Shown in pieces: positions 1-18,350 of a DNA stretch of 64,000 bases. This stretch comes from the human T2T-CHM13v2.0 reference genome, Homo sapiens. Position numbers and translations under genes: made by a program. The DNA lies in the NCBI RefSeq assembly GCF_009914755.1, contig NC_060932.1; one strand, given 5' to 3'. Positions within the stretch are counted from its first letter, which is position 1; each line of letters begins with the position of its first letter. The notes below the pieces were generated by a model. That model was not told the DNA's origin, made no database searches, and worked only from the letters and a program-made list of their open reading frames with translations.

Positions 1-8
1 AATGGTTG

Positions 9-15
9 TATATAT

Positions 16-46
<31 letters not shown>

Positions 47-130
47 CACACACACACACATACACACATGCATATATATTTATATGCACATAAGCACATA
101 ATTACCTATATTATATATACTATTCATATG
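9..130. repeat. (TA)n/(CA)n compound microsatellite
   Basis: Alternating tata/caca tracts seen directly. Confidence 0.9.
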
Positions 131-949
131 TAAACCTATATAATATGTAGGGTAAATATATTAATATAATAAACGTTCATATACATTTATCTATGCATTT
201 TTATCATCACTCTAATTCCAGTAGTAAATATTTTTCAATTGCTTTTCAACTCAGACGGGATGCAAGGAGTTTGACTTACATTAACTTTATTATTACATTT
301 TTTCCTTTCATTCATATAGACAAGCCAAAATTCACGGTAATTATATTTTGTACCTAACTGTGGTGGTATATTATTTTTAAATGTGAAAAGAAATTAGAGT
401 TGTATGTATGCAACATAATTTTACTAACGATTGGTTATGACCATCATATCATTCAACATTTTATTTAAAATTGTTTCTACTGATCCGTGAAAGTTTACTT
501 TGAACTTTAGAAAATAGATTCACAAAGAAATACTGTGTTCAGCTTTAAAATTCGGCAGAATCGGTTACGTGCATCCGACCAACTGATTTATTTGGAAATG
601 CATGGATGGTCATGTTCTTTAAGAAGGCTCTGGTAGTTCATACATAGAGGAAGCTTGTTGAGGAGGTCAGAAGCCACACTTTCACTTATTGATTTCCTGC
701 ACATGGATATAAGTTCACATGTAGATATAAGTTCACATTAAGATTTCAAGATTCTACATGTTCATCTAAAATGTTTACAAAGCTCACAGCATGCTTTCAT
801 AGTTTCAATAAATTATTTGTGAATTAGTATAGAAATATGGCCCTTATTTTAGTGCATTTTGGTAAATCAGATTACGGAAGAGGTATTTTACTTCTAAAAC
901 AGCTGATTTATTTCATTACTGGCAAAGGTGTTGTGAAGAACCTAGCACG

Positions 950-1420
950 TTATACGAACTTGGCACTGAAGAAACTTGCTGTCTTAGAATAGATCACAGA
1001 ACATTATAGTCAGATCTCTGTCCCTTTGCAGTCTACATCCTTGTGGGCTGATACATACAGTAAAACATAAACATAACAAATAATAGTATTTTAGAAGGCA
1101 ATAGGTTTATGGAAGATAAAAATGTAGCATAGGTTCTGTTAAAAGGAATTGACAATGCTGGATGTGAGGCTGGGGTTTGAGGAGGGTTGTCAGGGTAGAA
1201 GGTGAGGTTTGGTCAAAGACTTGGAGGAAGTCCAGGCATAAAGCCTGGGCTATCAGCAGAATGTTCCAGGCAATAGCTAGGGCAAAGTCACAAACGTCAA
1301 CACTTACAAGATATATTACTGAAATAGGAGGAGGCCAGCAGCAAGGCTGGGGCAGAGAGAAAGAGAGTGAGATGAGATGAGGTTAAGAGTCAACCAGATC
1401 ACATAGGGTTTTTTAGGTCA
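950..1420 (-). mobile_element. L2 LINE fragment (ancient, degraded)
   Basis: Resembles antisense L2 3' region (ctctgtccctttgcagtctacatccttgtggg...cagatcacatagggt); boundaries approximate. Confidence 0.4.
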
Positions 1421-1427
1421 GTTAGTC

Positions 1428-1615
1428 AGTTGAAGAGTAGCCCCCAAAGAAATGTCCACTCACAACCTCTGAATATGAACTTATTTGTAAATATCTTCTT
1501 TGCAGATGAAACTAAGTTAAGGATTTTAAGATGAGATCATAATGGATTTAGAGTCGGCTCTAAAATCAATGACTAGCGTGGCTAATCGTCCTTAGAAGAA
1601 GAGGACAAAACACAG
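1428..1615 (+). mobile_element. MLT1 (MLT1C-like) MaLR LTR, 5' part
   Basis: acctctgaatatgaacttatttgtaaat...tttgcagatg...aagatgagatcat...aatcaatgact matches the MLT1 5' motif series. Confidence 0.6.
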
Positions 1616-1675
1616 TTCTACCATTTGATAGCTGTGTGATCTCGGCCAGCATATTTACGTTTGTAAACAAAGTTT

Positions 1676-4900
<3,225 letters not shown>

Positions 4901-5836
4901 ACATTGTTTCTCAAACTTAAAAATGAAAAGCAAACAACAAACAAAAAATATATGTCTTTCTTCAAGTATAAATAAAGGAATTTCACAAACATGTTACATA
5001 TGTAGAAAATAAAATTGCAGTTATTCTTATTACAATTAGTATGCAACAAAAATGTTAACATTTTATTGGGAAATGCTACCTGGGATTAAGCAACTGCAAA
5101 AAAGTTGCAGCTGCCCAAAGTTTGCCTGCAATCTGAATAAAGATAACATTTAAACAATACAATTGTTTTATTACTTGTCCATTTAACACCTGTAGTGATT
5201 AAGTGTCTACTCTGTGCTAGATATTAGTGATATACGGATAATTAAGATACTTTGCCTTTCAGTAGGAACCACCACAATGAATTGTTTATTGCAATCATTT
5301 GGTAAGAACTAAAACTAGGTTATATGCAATGCATATTGGTGAGAAAAAGGAAAAAATCATCAACTCTACTGTGCTGAGATATCTGGAAAACTTCACTTTA
5401 ACAACAGGTAGAAATGTAACTTACAAAATGAGTTGACCAAGGCCCCAAACTAATCTGCCATTATGATCTTCCATCATTGCATCTAATTTCTTGATGGATA
5501 ATTCACTTAACCCTTTTCCTATTTAGAAAAAAAAATAAAAAAGGTGCAGCTTGTTGCCAATGCTCACATAATTTTACATAAACACGCTCTCTGAGGGTGA
5601 AGCAAATCTGATTTTCAATGTGAAAATAAAATATAAACATTGTTCTTGGAATTATTTCTAAGCAGTACTAACATCAGAATTGTCTGAATAAACTGAAATG
5701 TCCGTTTTGGAAAACACTGGATTCATCAAATGAATCTTCAGGCAACAACTGTTTGAGAATGATGTTAATGTCACCCATAGGAATGCTACATTTTCTAAGA
5801 GTTGACATTTTCAGTGATCAAGAATTACTATATTTT

Positions 5837-6665
5837 ACCATGCAAAAGCTCTTTCGTTTAAGTCCCAGCTATTTATTTTTATTTTTACTGCATTTGATTT
5901 TGGGTTCTTGGTCATGAAATCCTTGCCTAAGCCAATGTGTAGAAGGGTTTTTCCGATGTTATCTTATAGAATTTTTATAGTTTTAGGTCTTAGATTTAAG
6001 TCCTTAATCCATCTTGAGTTGATTTTTGCATAAGCTGAGAGATGAGGACCCAGTTTCATTCTCCTACATGTGGCTTGCCAATGATCCCAGCACCATTTGT
6101 TGAATAGGGTGTCCTTTCTCCACTTCATGTTTTGTTTGCTTTGTCAAAGATCAGTTGGCTGTAAGCATTTGGGTTTATTTCTGGGTTCTGTATTCTGATC
6201 CATTGGTCTATGTGCCTATGTTTATACTAGCACTATGCTCTTTGGGTGACTGTGGCCTTATAGTATCATTTGAAATCAGGTAATGGGATGCCTCCAGATT
6301 TGTTCTTTTTGTTTAGTCTTGCTTAGACCATGTCGGCTGTTTTTGGGTTCCATATGAATTTTAGGATTGCTTTTCCTAATTGTGTGAAGAATGGTAGTGG
6401 TATTTTGATGGCAATTGCATTGAATCTGTAGATTGCTTTTGGCAGTGTGGTCATTTTCACAATATTGATTCTACCCACCCATGAGAATAGGATGTGTTTC
6501 AATTTGTTTGTGTCATCTATGATGTCTTTCAGCAGTGTTTTGTAGTATTCCTTGTAGGGGTCTTTTACCTCCTTGGCTAGGCATAGTTCCAAATATTTTA
6601 ATTTTTTTTGCAACAGCTATTGTAAAAGAAGTTGAGTTCTTGATTCTCAGCTTGGTCACTGTTAG
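5837..6665 (-). mobile_element. Internal L1PB ORF2 fragment; inverted copy of 2790-3613
   Basis: ORF 6323-6613(-) is L1 ORF2-like; no 3'UTR or poly(A); shares private mutations with the neighbouring L1PB1. Confidence 0.9.
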
Positions 6666-6666
6666 T

Positions 6667-6790
6667 TAGCTAGGCACGGTAACGCATGCCTGCAGTCCCA
6701 GCTACTATGGAGCCTGAGGTAGGACAATCGCTTGAGCCTAGGAGGTCAAGGCTACATGTAGTGAGCTGTGATCGTGCCACTGCACTCAAG
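6667..6790 (+). mobile_element. AluJ right-arm (FRAM-like) fragment without tail
   Basis: gcctgcagtcccagctact...cgcttgagcctaggaggtcaaggct...gatcgtgccactgcactc; ends before the normal 3' end. Confidence 0.8.
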
Positions 6791-6905
6791 TGGAGAGCAA
6801 GTCCTCACCAGACACCACATCTTTTGGGGAGTTGATCTTAGACTTCTCAGCCTCCAAAATGGTAAGAAATAAATTTGTGTTCATTATTTAAAAAAATAAT
6901 TACCA
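6791..6905 (+). mobile_element. MaLR LTR 3' fragment (MST/MLT1A-like)
   Basis: cctcaccagacacc...ttgatcttagacttctcagcctcca...agaaataaatttgtgtt, including the LTR AATAAA. Confidence 0.7.
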
Positions 6906-7769
6906 ATTTTGTAAATACTAAAACCAGAATGCTATAATTAGAATGATGTATTTTGCCCTCAAAGTCGATATACTAGAGCAATGCAAAAATATTAATAAAA
7001 GCGTGATATTTTGTGACAAAGTTATCTCAGGGCAAACGCTGCAGCTGCAATCACCACCGATATGGATTCTCGGGCAAACTGTAAAACGGTTAAATTTAAT
7101 ATCTTGCATATTGCCATTATATTATTCATGATGTTCCCTTTGCCTTGAATGTTCAACATCTCCTCACTCCTTTGTTCACCTATTAAAATCCCAATCATCA
7201 TTTAGGGTTCATTTCAATAATCCCATAGTCTTAGCAGAATCTATTGTTCCAGTCTTTGATCTCCCAAGCACTTGTGCAACTGAAGCAATAGTCACATAGC
7301 ATTAGTTTTAATTGTTTACACACATGGCTCCCTTCTCTTCAATTTTTTTCACTCCTGTTTGTTCTTATATCCCTTTACCCCAATCATGCGATCATACATT
7401 TATGTTAAAGTGAGATCAATGGAAATTTTTTCAATAAAGCAACTTCTGAGCCACGATAGTAAGTCAGCACAAAGATAGCATGGCCTATATCTACAATACT
7501 ATAATATATATGTACAGATTCAAAAGTATTCTTTATGATACTAAACATTCAAAAGACTGGCATTAGATGCTGGAATATGGTGAAGTGTTTTATAAATCTC
7601 AAAGTAGACATTTGAATATGATTAATGAAATACACATATGACTAAACTGCAAATACGTGAACTTGTTAACTCATTGATGTGCTACACAATACTCAATCAT
7701 CGTATTTATTTAACAGGGCTAGCCCATGCTCTAGCCAACATAAAAAGGCTTCAGTTTATTGTTATAAAT

Positions 7770-8206
7770 ATGTATCCTGTTGGGAGCATGTAGTACACTC
7801 CAAAGGGTAACTGAACAAAGAATAATGAAAGGAAAATTGCCAAAAGTGTTTCAATGCTCCTAGGACCAGCTAGGTATGGGGAAACATAAAGGAAGTAGGA
7901 TTACTAAGCAGGTATTATTTCTCCTAACCCTGACCTATAGCCATGATGAGAGATGTGGCGTTGGATAGAGAAATGCAGTGGATGTCAAACTTCTGTCTAG
8001 CAGGAAGGGAGCGAGAGAATAAACACCGTGATGTTTCGATCCTCTGCCCCGACCTCTTGCCAGTGTTCCTATTGGCCAAATCCACTGGAAGCCAATGAGC
8101 CACGGAACTCGTGGCACAGACCCTGGCGATGAGCCTCTTGAATCACAGAGCAGGGAGGAGAAAGGAGAGGACAGATCTGTAAGAGCGAAGAATAATATTC
8201 AGCGCA
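7770..8206 (-). mobile_element. LTR33-like ERVL LTR
   Basis: cctattggccaaatccactggaagcca...cagagcagggaggagaa...gatctg...tattcagcgca is the reverse of the LTR33 5' end as recalled. Confidence 0.55.
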
Positions 8207-8329
8207 TATTAAAAGTAGTGAAATTTAAGGTTTGTGTTCTTTGTTCTTCGCATGAACTTTATTTTTTTCTGAGTTAGCAATCTTCTCCAAAATTAATAAC
8301 AATACATTCAGGATAATCTAGCCCACTGC

Positions 8330-9590
8330 ATGCAAAGTGTGGGCCATACACTTTTAAGACACTTTTAAGGGATTTGTGAGGTCAAAATTATTTTTATAGT
8401 GGTAGTAAGACCATATTTATCTTTTACTTGAGTTGTCATTTGCACGGATGGTGCAAAAGCAATGCTGGCAGTACCAAAGGCACAAGCACTAACCGTCCTA
8501 GTAGCCATTACATTCTTCACTGTTAGGATCCTGCAAGATGAAGTGTTTCTCTTTAGACTGTCATTCGCACTGCAGTAACAGTTACTAATTTCATTAAATC
8601 TTGACCTCTGAGTACACCTGTTTTTTAATGACAAGTATGGAATATTTGCAAAGCATTTCTGCTTTAGTACATTGGTGGTTTAGAGGAAAAGCACTTGTGT
8701 GATTTAGCTGAAACCTGAACTCACCACTTCTTTGTTGGAAAACTGACAAAATATGGTTATTCAGGCTTGGGATTTTATTAGAAATTTTCTAAAGAAATAA
8801 AGCTTTTCCCTTTGAGCTCAAAAACTGGCAGTATTTGTTGATGAAGATGAAAATCCAAACTTTTAAGCAAAAGCCAGAATTTTGAAATAGATTCATCCTT
8901 TACCAGGAGCGGGTTAGACTCCCAGAATTAAAATACTTTTCAAATGAGACTTTTGGTGATATTAGCATGTGATTTTTATATTATAAAATAGAATTTGTCA
9001 ACATTTGGAAATTCTGCATGACTCGGAACACTGATATTTACAAAATTTTTAAAATTTCCAGTGAATAGGATTACAAAATCATGATTATGCAATGGATCTG
9101 GCAGAAAAGCAAGACAGACCAACGGATTTTAACGAAACCAATTCGAAAATATTTAATGAAATAATTTCTTATACCACATTGAAAGAAAACTTTAATAAAT
9201 TACCACTTGTCAAGTTTTGCTGTAGTATCACAGAATATCCACAATTATCTGAAAGCCATTCCTTCCTTTTCCAACTTTCTTCAAACACTTCAAACAAAAC
9301 ATCATATTGCAATAGAAACAAATGTGTCATCTATTAAGCATACATTAAAGAAATCTGCAAACTGAAAAACAGTAACGTTCTTCTGAGTCAATATTTTCAA
9401 GCAATACATTTTTCATAAAATAGGTTATTTATGTTAGTATTTACTGGGTTTACTATTATTTTTCAACAAAGAAAAATTTTCTGTTTTAATTTTTAATAAA
9501 TATCAAAGAGCATAAGCAAAAGTTCTTCAGAATCCTCAATAACATTAAAGACTTCAAAAGGGACCTGAGACCATCATGTTTAGAATTGAT
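8330..9590. mobile_element. Charlie1-type hAT DNA transposon remnant
   Basis: gtgaggtcaaaattattttt...gtcatttgcacggatggtgcaaaagcaatg and terminal aaagggacctgagacca motifs typical of Charlie1a/b. Confidence 0.7.
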
Positions 9591-11229
9591 AAATAAAAAT
9601 TTATATTTCATATAATATTGTATTAAAATTTTTATTGTTGCCTGACTAAAAATAAGTGTAATTTTATTTTTACATTTTGTGCATTCAACATTTCATGCAT
9701 TTAATAAAAATTTATAATTTTAATATAAGGATTTGTGGCTTTTGTATAATATCATATGAAGTAATATCTCAAAAATCACTGACCTATTTCATAGATGTAA
9801 AGCTAGATGATTACCGATTTGTGTTGTAAATAGTTTGGCATATAAAATCTAGAATTTATTCAAATAGCCTCCGAGAAATTTTATGAGCATTGTAATTTAG
9901 AATCATTAAGCCATAAACTACTTTCTCAAATGGTTACGCATGGTAAATAAATCTTTCCTATCATATAATTGATGGGTATTTTAGAGCCAACGCTGAATAA
10001 TATTACCAAAGATTCTAAAGGAACACAATAGCTGTTAATTTCAAACTTTAGCATGTTGTAAAAATAAGGTGGATGAGAAGTTTATACCTGCTTAATCACT
10101 AAGAATCAGTTCTAGATGATTAAGTTCTAAAAGGAATCATGGAATTCTCTTATTTTATATATTCATAATTTTAGAACAAAAAGGTCAATAGAGTGTATTT
10201 ATCACAAATTATATGTATTACACACATTTTCTGAAATGGAAATCTTTAGACATGTTGGTCTTAGACGTCATAATTCCCTCTTTGTTTTCACACCCAAATT
10301 ATGATACTTATTATTAATTTTCTAGGGAGAGAAAATTAATATTATGCCTTACTAACTGAAGAGTTCAATAACTGTGGCTCTCTCTATTCAATTCTATTCT
10401 AGACTTGTACATGCTTGGAGAACCTATGGAGTCAAACACCATGAAAAAGCATAAAAAGTGTTCCTAGAGGGAATTAGGAAAGAAAAATTGATTTGTAATG
10501 GAAATTACTGTTGAATAATTTGGATAAATTTTGTATTAAAATGTAAACCAGTATCCCATCAGATATTTCATGAGGCTAAAATAAGATTTTTCAGTAATAC
10601 TTAATTTTAATTTTTTTAAATCTGAGAAATAGCTTAAAATATCACTGTAACATTATATTAATTAATAAATAGAAAACCATGATAATTTTAATTATACCTT
10701 AACATCATATTCTTCGACTCAAAGCCCTATTAGCCTGTCATTTTCAAGGAAAATAACATTCTTTTAAATGACAGAGAGTATATTATAATGATCTTGTAAG
10801 AGAAGTATTCTGTTTTCCTTTTTAAAACACCTTTAGAATTCAAAAATAATTTTTGTAAATCTTTGAAGACATGAGATGATTATAATGCAGGATCTTTCAC
10901 GAAGCTTCCTCTGCAAAGGTTTATTACAGATGCCAAGTACTAACCCTGCCTAGTGGCAATATTAGCTTCTTGATAACATCAAGGAGGAAAAGATTCGATT
11001 CCCCTATGGGCTCTGCCTTTGACCGTGATACATTTGTTAAAGGGAAGAATTATTTGTAGTAAGAAAATGCATTTAAAAATACTGACTTAGGATTTTTTGT
11101 AAGATCATTAGGACTTTTTATTATATTTTTAGGAGTTTTTGGCTTGGTATTATTGCTAACAGTCCCTTGATTAAAGAAAATATATAGAAGAAAGAAATAT
11201 ATATATATATATATATATCTCCTCATGGA

Positions 11230-11730
11230 TTTTCTGGAAATTTCTATCAAACATTAAAACAATTAACAAATTTTACACAATTTCTACTAGAAAATACAAG
11301 AGTAAACATTCCCCAATTTTATAAATTTAATATTACTCAGATGCCAAAATCAGACCAAGACAGTACAAAAACAGAAAACACATATCAATATTCCTCATAA
11401 GTACAGACCCAACAATCTTTCCCAAAATATTAGCAAAGGGAATTCGTAATATATAAAAGACATTCACCATTAATAAACAGGGAGGTTTCCATGAATGCAA
11501 GCTTAGCTCCATATTAAAAAAATCAATCAATATAATCCATAGTATAAACCAAAGAAGAAAAATTACATTATCATATGAACTGATAGAGAATAAAATTGAC
11601 AAATTAACACAAATTTGTGGTAATAACTCTTAGGAAACAGAAATTGAGGGGAACTACCTTACCATGATAAACAGTATCTATAGGAAGCCTGGAACTTATA
11701 TTATGCTTAATGATGAAACACTGCTTTCTC
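11230..11730 (+). mobile_element. Old L1M ORF2 fragment
   Basis: Degenerate ORF2 (aaaatattagcaaa...gaatgcaag...aatcaatcaatataatcc...gaggggaactacctt). Confidence 0.65.
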
Positions 11731-12531
11731 ATCTTTTGGGCCTCCTCACATAATTCAGTCACATTTTCACAGTTAACTATTCTGTGTCCAATCCATTATA
11801 TTGGTAACTGACTTAAACTGCTTTCCCTAATATTTGGTTCACGGACTTCTTGAGATTACATATTAGGGACAAAAAAATTTTTAACTAAAAAAAAAAATTA
11901 GCCTCATAAATTTAACCTTAAAAACATTTAGCCTTGTTGCATTTTGCCATAAATATGATTTAGGTCCAACTGTGTTCTTATAAGCCAGTGAATGTATATT
12001 ACTTTATTTTACTCATGTCTCATTTTTTGATAAAAACTACAAGGTGTTTGTTTTTGTTTGCCCAAGAATTTTTTAAAATTTTTTGCCTATATGTCATAGA
12101 TATATGATATTTTTCTATCAAAAGATATAAAAGAGCTCTATTTGACTTGGGAAAAATTAAGTGCTTCAACAAAATATTTTCTTAAAAATATGCTAAATAA
12201 TTCACTTCTTTGTTCATGTAGCTTAAGGAAATCTTAGATAAATAAGTTAATTTTGAATTTGGTGATAAAACAAAAATAAAGTGGTCTTCAACATTATTAC
12301 ATTTTGTCACACTTTTTTCCGCCTGGGTTTGTTGGCCAGAACACAATAAAGTTTCCATCGTTTCCTGTGTGTTTACCACAACAATTTAACTCTTAGGTTT
12401 TTATTTTATTTTAAGAGAAAAATAAAATCATCACTAGCTTCATCTAATATCTCCATTTTCATAAGTCACCTATGTGTAATTGTTAAAATTGTTAAATAAT
12501 TGTCCAAAAATATAAAGGCAAAATGATTGTT

Positions 12532-12733
12532 CATATACATGTATATATGTGTCTGTATGTATATACATACATATATACATATGTATATACATACGTATAC
12601 ACGTATATGTATATATGTATATACATACGTATACACGTATATGTATATATGCGTATACACATGCATATATACATACATATATGTGTACATATATGTACAT
12701 ACACACACACACACACACGCACACACATACATG
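12532..12733. repeat. ~200-bp alternating purine-pyrimidine compound microsatellite (TA/TG/CA with CG units)
   Basis: Seen directly; contains two copies of atacatacgtatacacgtatatgtatat and ends in (CA)n. Confidence 0.95.
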
Positions 12734-13140
12734 AGTAAGACTAGGGGTTTACGTAAATTTCATTAGATCTCCTGTTAGTAAGTCTAAGAAAGTCATGGAG
12801 ACTTTATGAAGGATAGGCTTTGAAAAGGGGGTTTTGTGTGTGATTGCGTTGACTGAGATTGAAGAAGTATGATTTATCATTTTTTTCTAAAAATTAAGCA
12901 GTCACTTCAGGGGTGCACTGATACAGGACCGAAGTCTGGTCCTCTATGCTTAAAACTCCAAGATTTTCTTCCAATATTCATCTGCTCTTAGTAAAAAATT
13001 TACAATCAGTTTTTATTTTAATTTGAAAACTTGTTTCTGTAAACTTTAAATCATCTCCCAAATTACAGATTTTCCTCTTTTTAGTTTCTACCTAATTTCC
13101 AGTTGTAGGTGCTGTCTCCTTCATTTAAAACAATCATTTT

Positions 13141-13485
<345 letters not shown>

Positions 13486-13988
13486 TCAAGGCTTTTCAGA
13501 TTCATATCTCAAGGGTTTGGCTTTGTACGCATCTCACCACATGTAATTTGCAGTTAATACATCAATGACTTGTGCTCTTCTTACTTCTCTCCTTAAAACG
13601 GTACATCATTTTGCTTAACTCAAGTGGTGACTTTCTCCTTTAACTTTTTTGTCAGTTTCTATAGCTTTTTTTAACCCCACCTCTGACTCTGGTATTCTGA
13701 CCTGACACTGAGAATGTTTGTCTTAAAGGCCTGGGAGAAAAATGTTTTTCCAGTATGATGTAATTCTTTACTCTTGGCTTTTCTGATGTATCTAAATTGT
13801 TCTATGTAACCAGGCCATTTCATATTCTCTTACTTTTTCTGAAAGCCATACATTCCCCTGCTGGGGATAACACTGAGTAAACTGCCCAAGGCCATAACCA
13901 GAGACATTCGAATTACAAATTGCTGACTTCATGCTATAAATAGCTTTTCCTGAGATCACTGAAACTTCATAATAAAACTCTTCCCCCT

Positions 13989-14348
13989 TGATATGGTTTG
14001 GCTGTGTCACTACCCAAATCTCAGATTGTAGCTCACAAAATTCCCATGTGTCATGGGAGGTACCTGGTGGCAGGTAATTGAATCATGAGATCCGGTCTTG
14101 CCCGTGATATTCTCGTGATAATGAATAAGTATCATGAGATCTGATGGTTTTATAAAAGGGAGTTCCCTTGCACACACTCTCTTGCCTGCTGCCATGTAAG
14201 AAGTGACTTTGCTCCTCCTTTACCTTCCACCATGATTGTGAAGCCTCTTCAGCCATGTGGAACTGTGAGTCCATTAAGTCTCTTTTTCTTTATAAATTAC
14301 CCAGTATCAGCTATTTCTTTAATAGCAGCATGAAAACAAACTAATACA
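13989..14348 (+). mobile_element. THE1 (B/C) solo LTR
   Basis: tgatatggtttggctgtgt...aactaataca termini, 360 bp, near-TSD cccct/ccctt. Confidence 0.93.
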
Positions 14349-14716
14349 CCCTTCTTAATGCCTATGTTTCTTACTTGACAGTACCTGACACTAAAATAAA
14401 ATTAAATTCACCTGGTGGGTAAGTTTGACAATATGTAACAAAGTTTTGTTCAAATTATGCTAATGGTCCCTTATATAGAGTTGATACTTTCTGCTTTAAT
14501 CCAACCCAGTGATCTCAGTGATAAAATGCTAGTTAATGACTACAGTAAGTCTCACCCAGTTTCTCCAACATCTTCTGATTTGTTTCATTGATTGACCTTA
14601 GGTTTTGGCTCTTCATTCAAAGCCACTGCACAAACTAAATTTGTTTTATTGTTGTTAATTATTTTTTGTATCATTATCTTTAAGCTCTGTTATTATTGTC
14701 TGTCTAATCTTAATGA

Positions 14717-16680
<1,964 letters not shown>

Positions 16681-16973
16681 AATGAAGCCAGCTCTTAGAT
16701 CAAAGTTTTGAAATGACTGTTAATACCTGTGGGACTAATAAAACTCAACGCTGGATTCCAAACAAACCTGCTCTGAAAAAAATTTCCTTCTGGCCTCTTT
16801 GTTACTCAAATTTGGCCCAAGACGCTTCACTGACTCCATTACTTTCCCCTGATGTAGGACCAGAGACCACTAGGATAGGTCCATCTCAGCACCTAAGGCC
16901 AATTAAGCTTGACTTCAAGACAGTTGCTCAGTGGTGATGCTTTCAGAGAAATATCTTGATCCAAAGGGAGAAA

Positions 16974-18350
16974 TGTGAAAGGTGATTATATTAATTGTGA
17001 GAGTGGCAGGAGGTAGACAAATGCCTAGGCAGATTAGGACGGGTCCCCAGTAAAACTCCACCTTCAAGCCAAAGTAGCCTGAAACTCGCAGCCCAAAGTG
17101 GTAACTTCTATTCCTCTTTGCCTTCTCTCTCCCAGTTGGTTCATTCTAAACAATGTATTTTTACTAATCGAATGTTGCCTTTTCCAAAACTACCTAAGGC
17201 CTAACCCACACCTATCCTTTGCCTATAAAGACCCCAGACTCACTTGGTAGAGGGAAGAGACAGCTTGACTTCAGAGGAGAGACACCTGGACTCTGGGGAA
17301 GAGGGATGATTTAACTTTGAGGAAGTGGTGACTGGACTTTAAGGAGAAGATGACCTGACTTTGGGGAACACTACTTACCCCACCTGCCCCCTTCTCCAGC
17401 TGCCCTCTCCACTGAAAACCATTTCCACCACTCAACAAAATTCTCCCCCATTACCACCCTTTGAGAATCCCATGCCACCTCATTATCCTTGGACATCGAA
17501 CAAGAGCTCAGGACACATTGACTGTGGGTACCCAAAAATGCTATCACACCAACTATTCATGGTCACTGGCAGAGGGCAGCCTCCCCAGGTGATGTGGCAA
17601 GGGGTCAACTGAGCTGTTAGTCTGCAGACACTGGAGTTAGGAGAGTAATGGAATACTCCCTCTGGTTCTAGCCATGGGTTCCACACAGATCTTGCTCCTG
17701 CTGGTGCCCAGAGCTGCCAGCTGGATCCTGCACTCACTAACTCATGCCTGATCTGGCCATCAGCCCCACATGAAGCTTGCTCCTGCTGGATCCTGGAGTG
17801 GCTGGCCAGATCCCACACACATTTGCTGATGTGCTCCCTCCTGCAAGGGGTTGAGTGCAGCGAGACAAGTAAAAGTTTGCCCCTGTCATGAGTCTGAAGA
17901 AGGGGACAAGAAAAATCCTGAATCAGTTGTGCCATTTTTTCATACCCAAGTAAGTCATAGTCAATAAGTCAGGGAGAAAAAGCACTCAGGCATATATACC
18001 ACCAGCTCCAATAACTGAATTTTCAGCAAGCCCAGCTGCTGAAGCAGCCTGCTGTATCCCTAAGACCAAATCTACCTAGTAGCTACTGAAGTGACCTGCT
18101 GTGACTCTAACACTGGTTTTACCTACTGCTGTCACTCACCAAAGCTTACCAGCTCCCAAAATCTTCTCTAGTGTCAGTGAGCTTTCTTTCAAAACAATAT
18201 GTAACATTTCTGTTTCTAATAAACTCCCAATCTTCTCTTTGTGGGTCTGATATATCAAAGACCACCCTGGTTGGCAACTTTGTTCCAAATGACAATTCTC
18301 TGATTCCCAAATAAATTGTATAGAGATTCATTTCTATTTTGACTTGAAGA
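16974..18350 (+). mobile_element. ERV1 MER4-group 3' LTR (MER65/LTR54-like; subfamily uncertain), split by LTR28-like element
   Basis: Starts tgtgaaag after the PPT, resumes at 17930, and has ttcaaaacaatatgtaac and cccaaataaa typical of this LTR group. Confidence 0.65.
16998..17925 (+). mobile_element. LTR28/LTR27-like ERV1 solo LTR
   Basis: tgagagtggcaggaggtagacaaatgcctaggcag...aaatcctgaatca, ~930 bp; near 4-bp TSD attg/gttg. Confidence 0.75.

Larger units (their letters stand above)
5511..7089 (-). mobile_element. MER75 piggyBac-family MITE, split by a 1.07-kb composite insert (5837-6905)
   Basis: TTAA target sites at 5507-5510 and 7090-7093; termini cccttttcc... / ...gtaaaacgg; both halves match recalled MER75 consensus (gaagcaaatctg, gattcatcaaatgaatctt, aaagtcgatatactagagc, ttctcgggcaaac). 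Confidence 0.85.

Noticed and set aside
706-738. Short tandem duplication gatataagttcacat x2
   Set aside because: Ordinary slippage-type duplication; not an array.
6667-6790. 7SL RNA pseudogene
   Set aside because: Follows the Alu right arm (gtgagctgtgatcgtgccactgcactc) and lacks the 7SL S domain.
12466-12766. Six overlapping ORFs in all frames
   Set aside because: Artefact of a stop-free RY microsatellite; low-complexity Y/I/H/T/C/V peptides.
17483-17935. 150-aa minus-strand ORF
   Set aside because: Lies within the GC-richer LTR28-like LTR; chance ORF.
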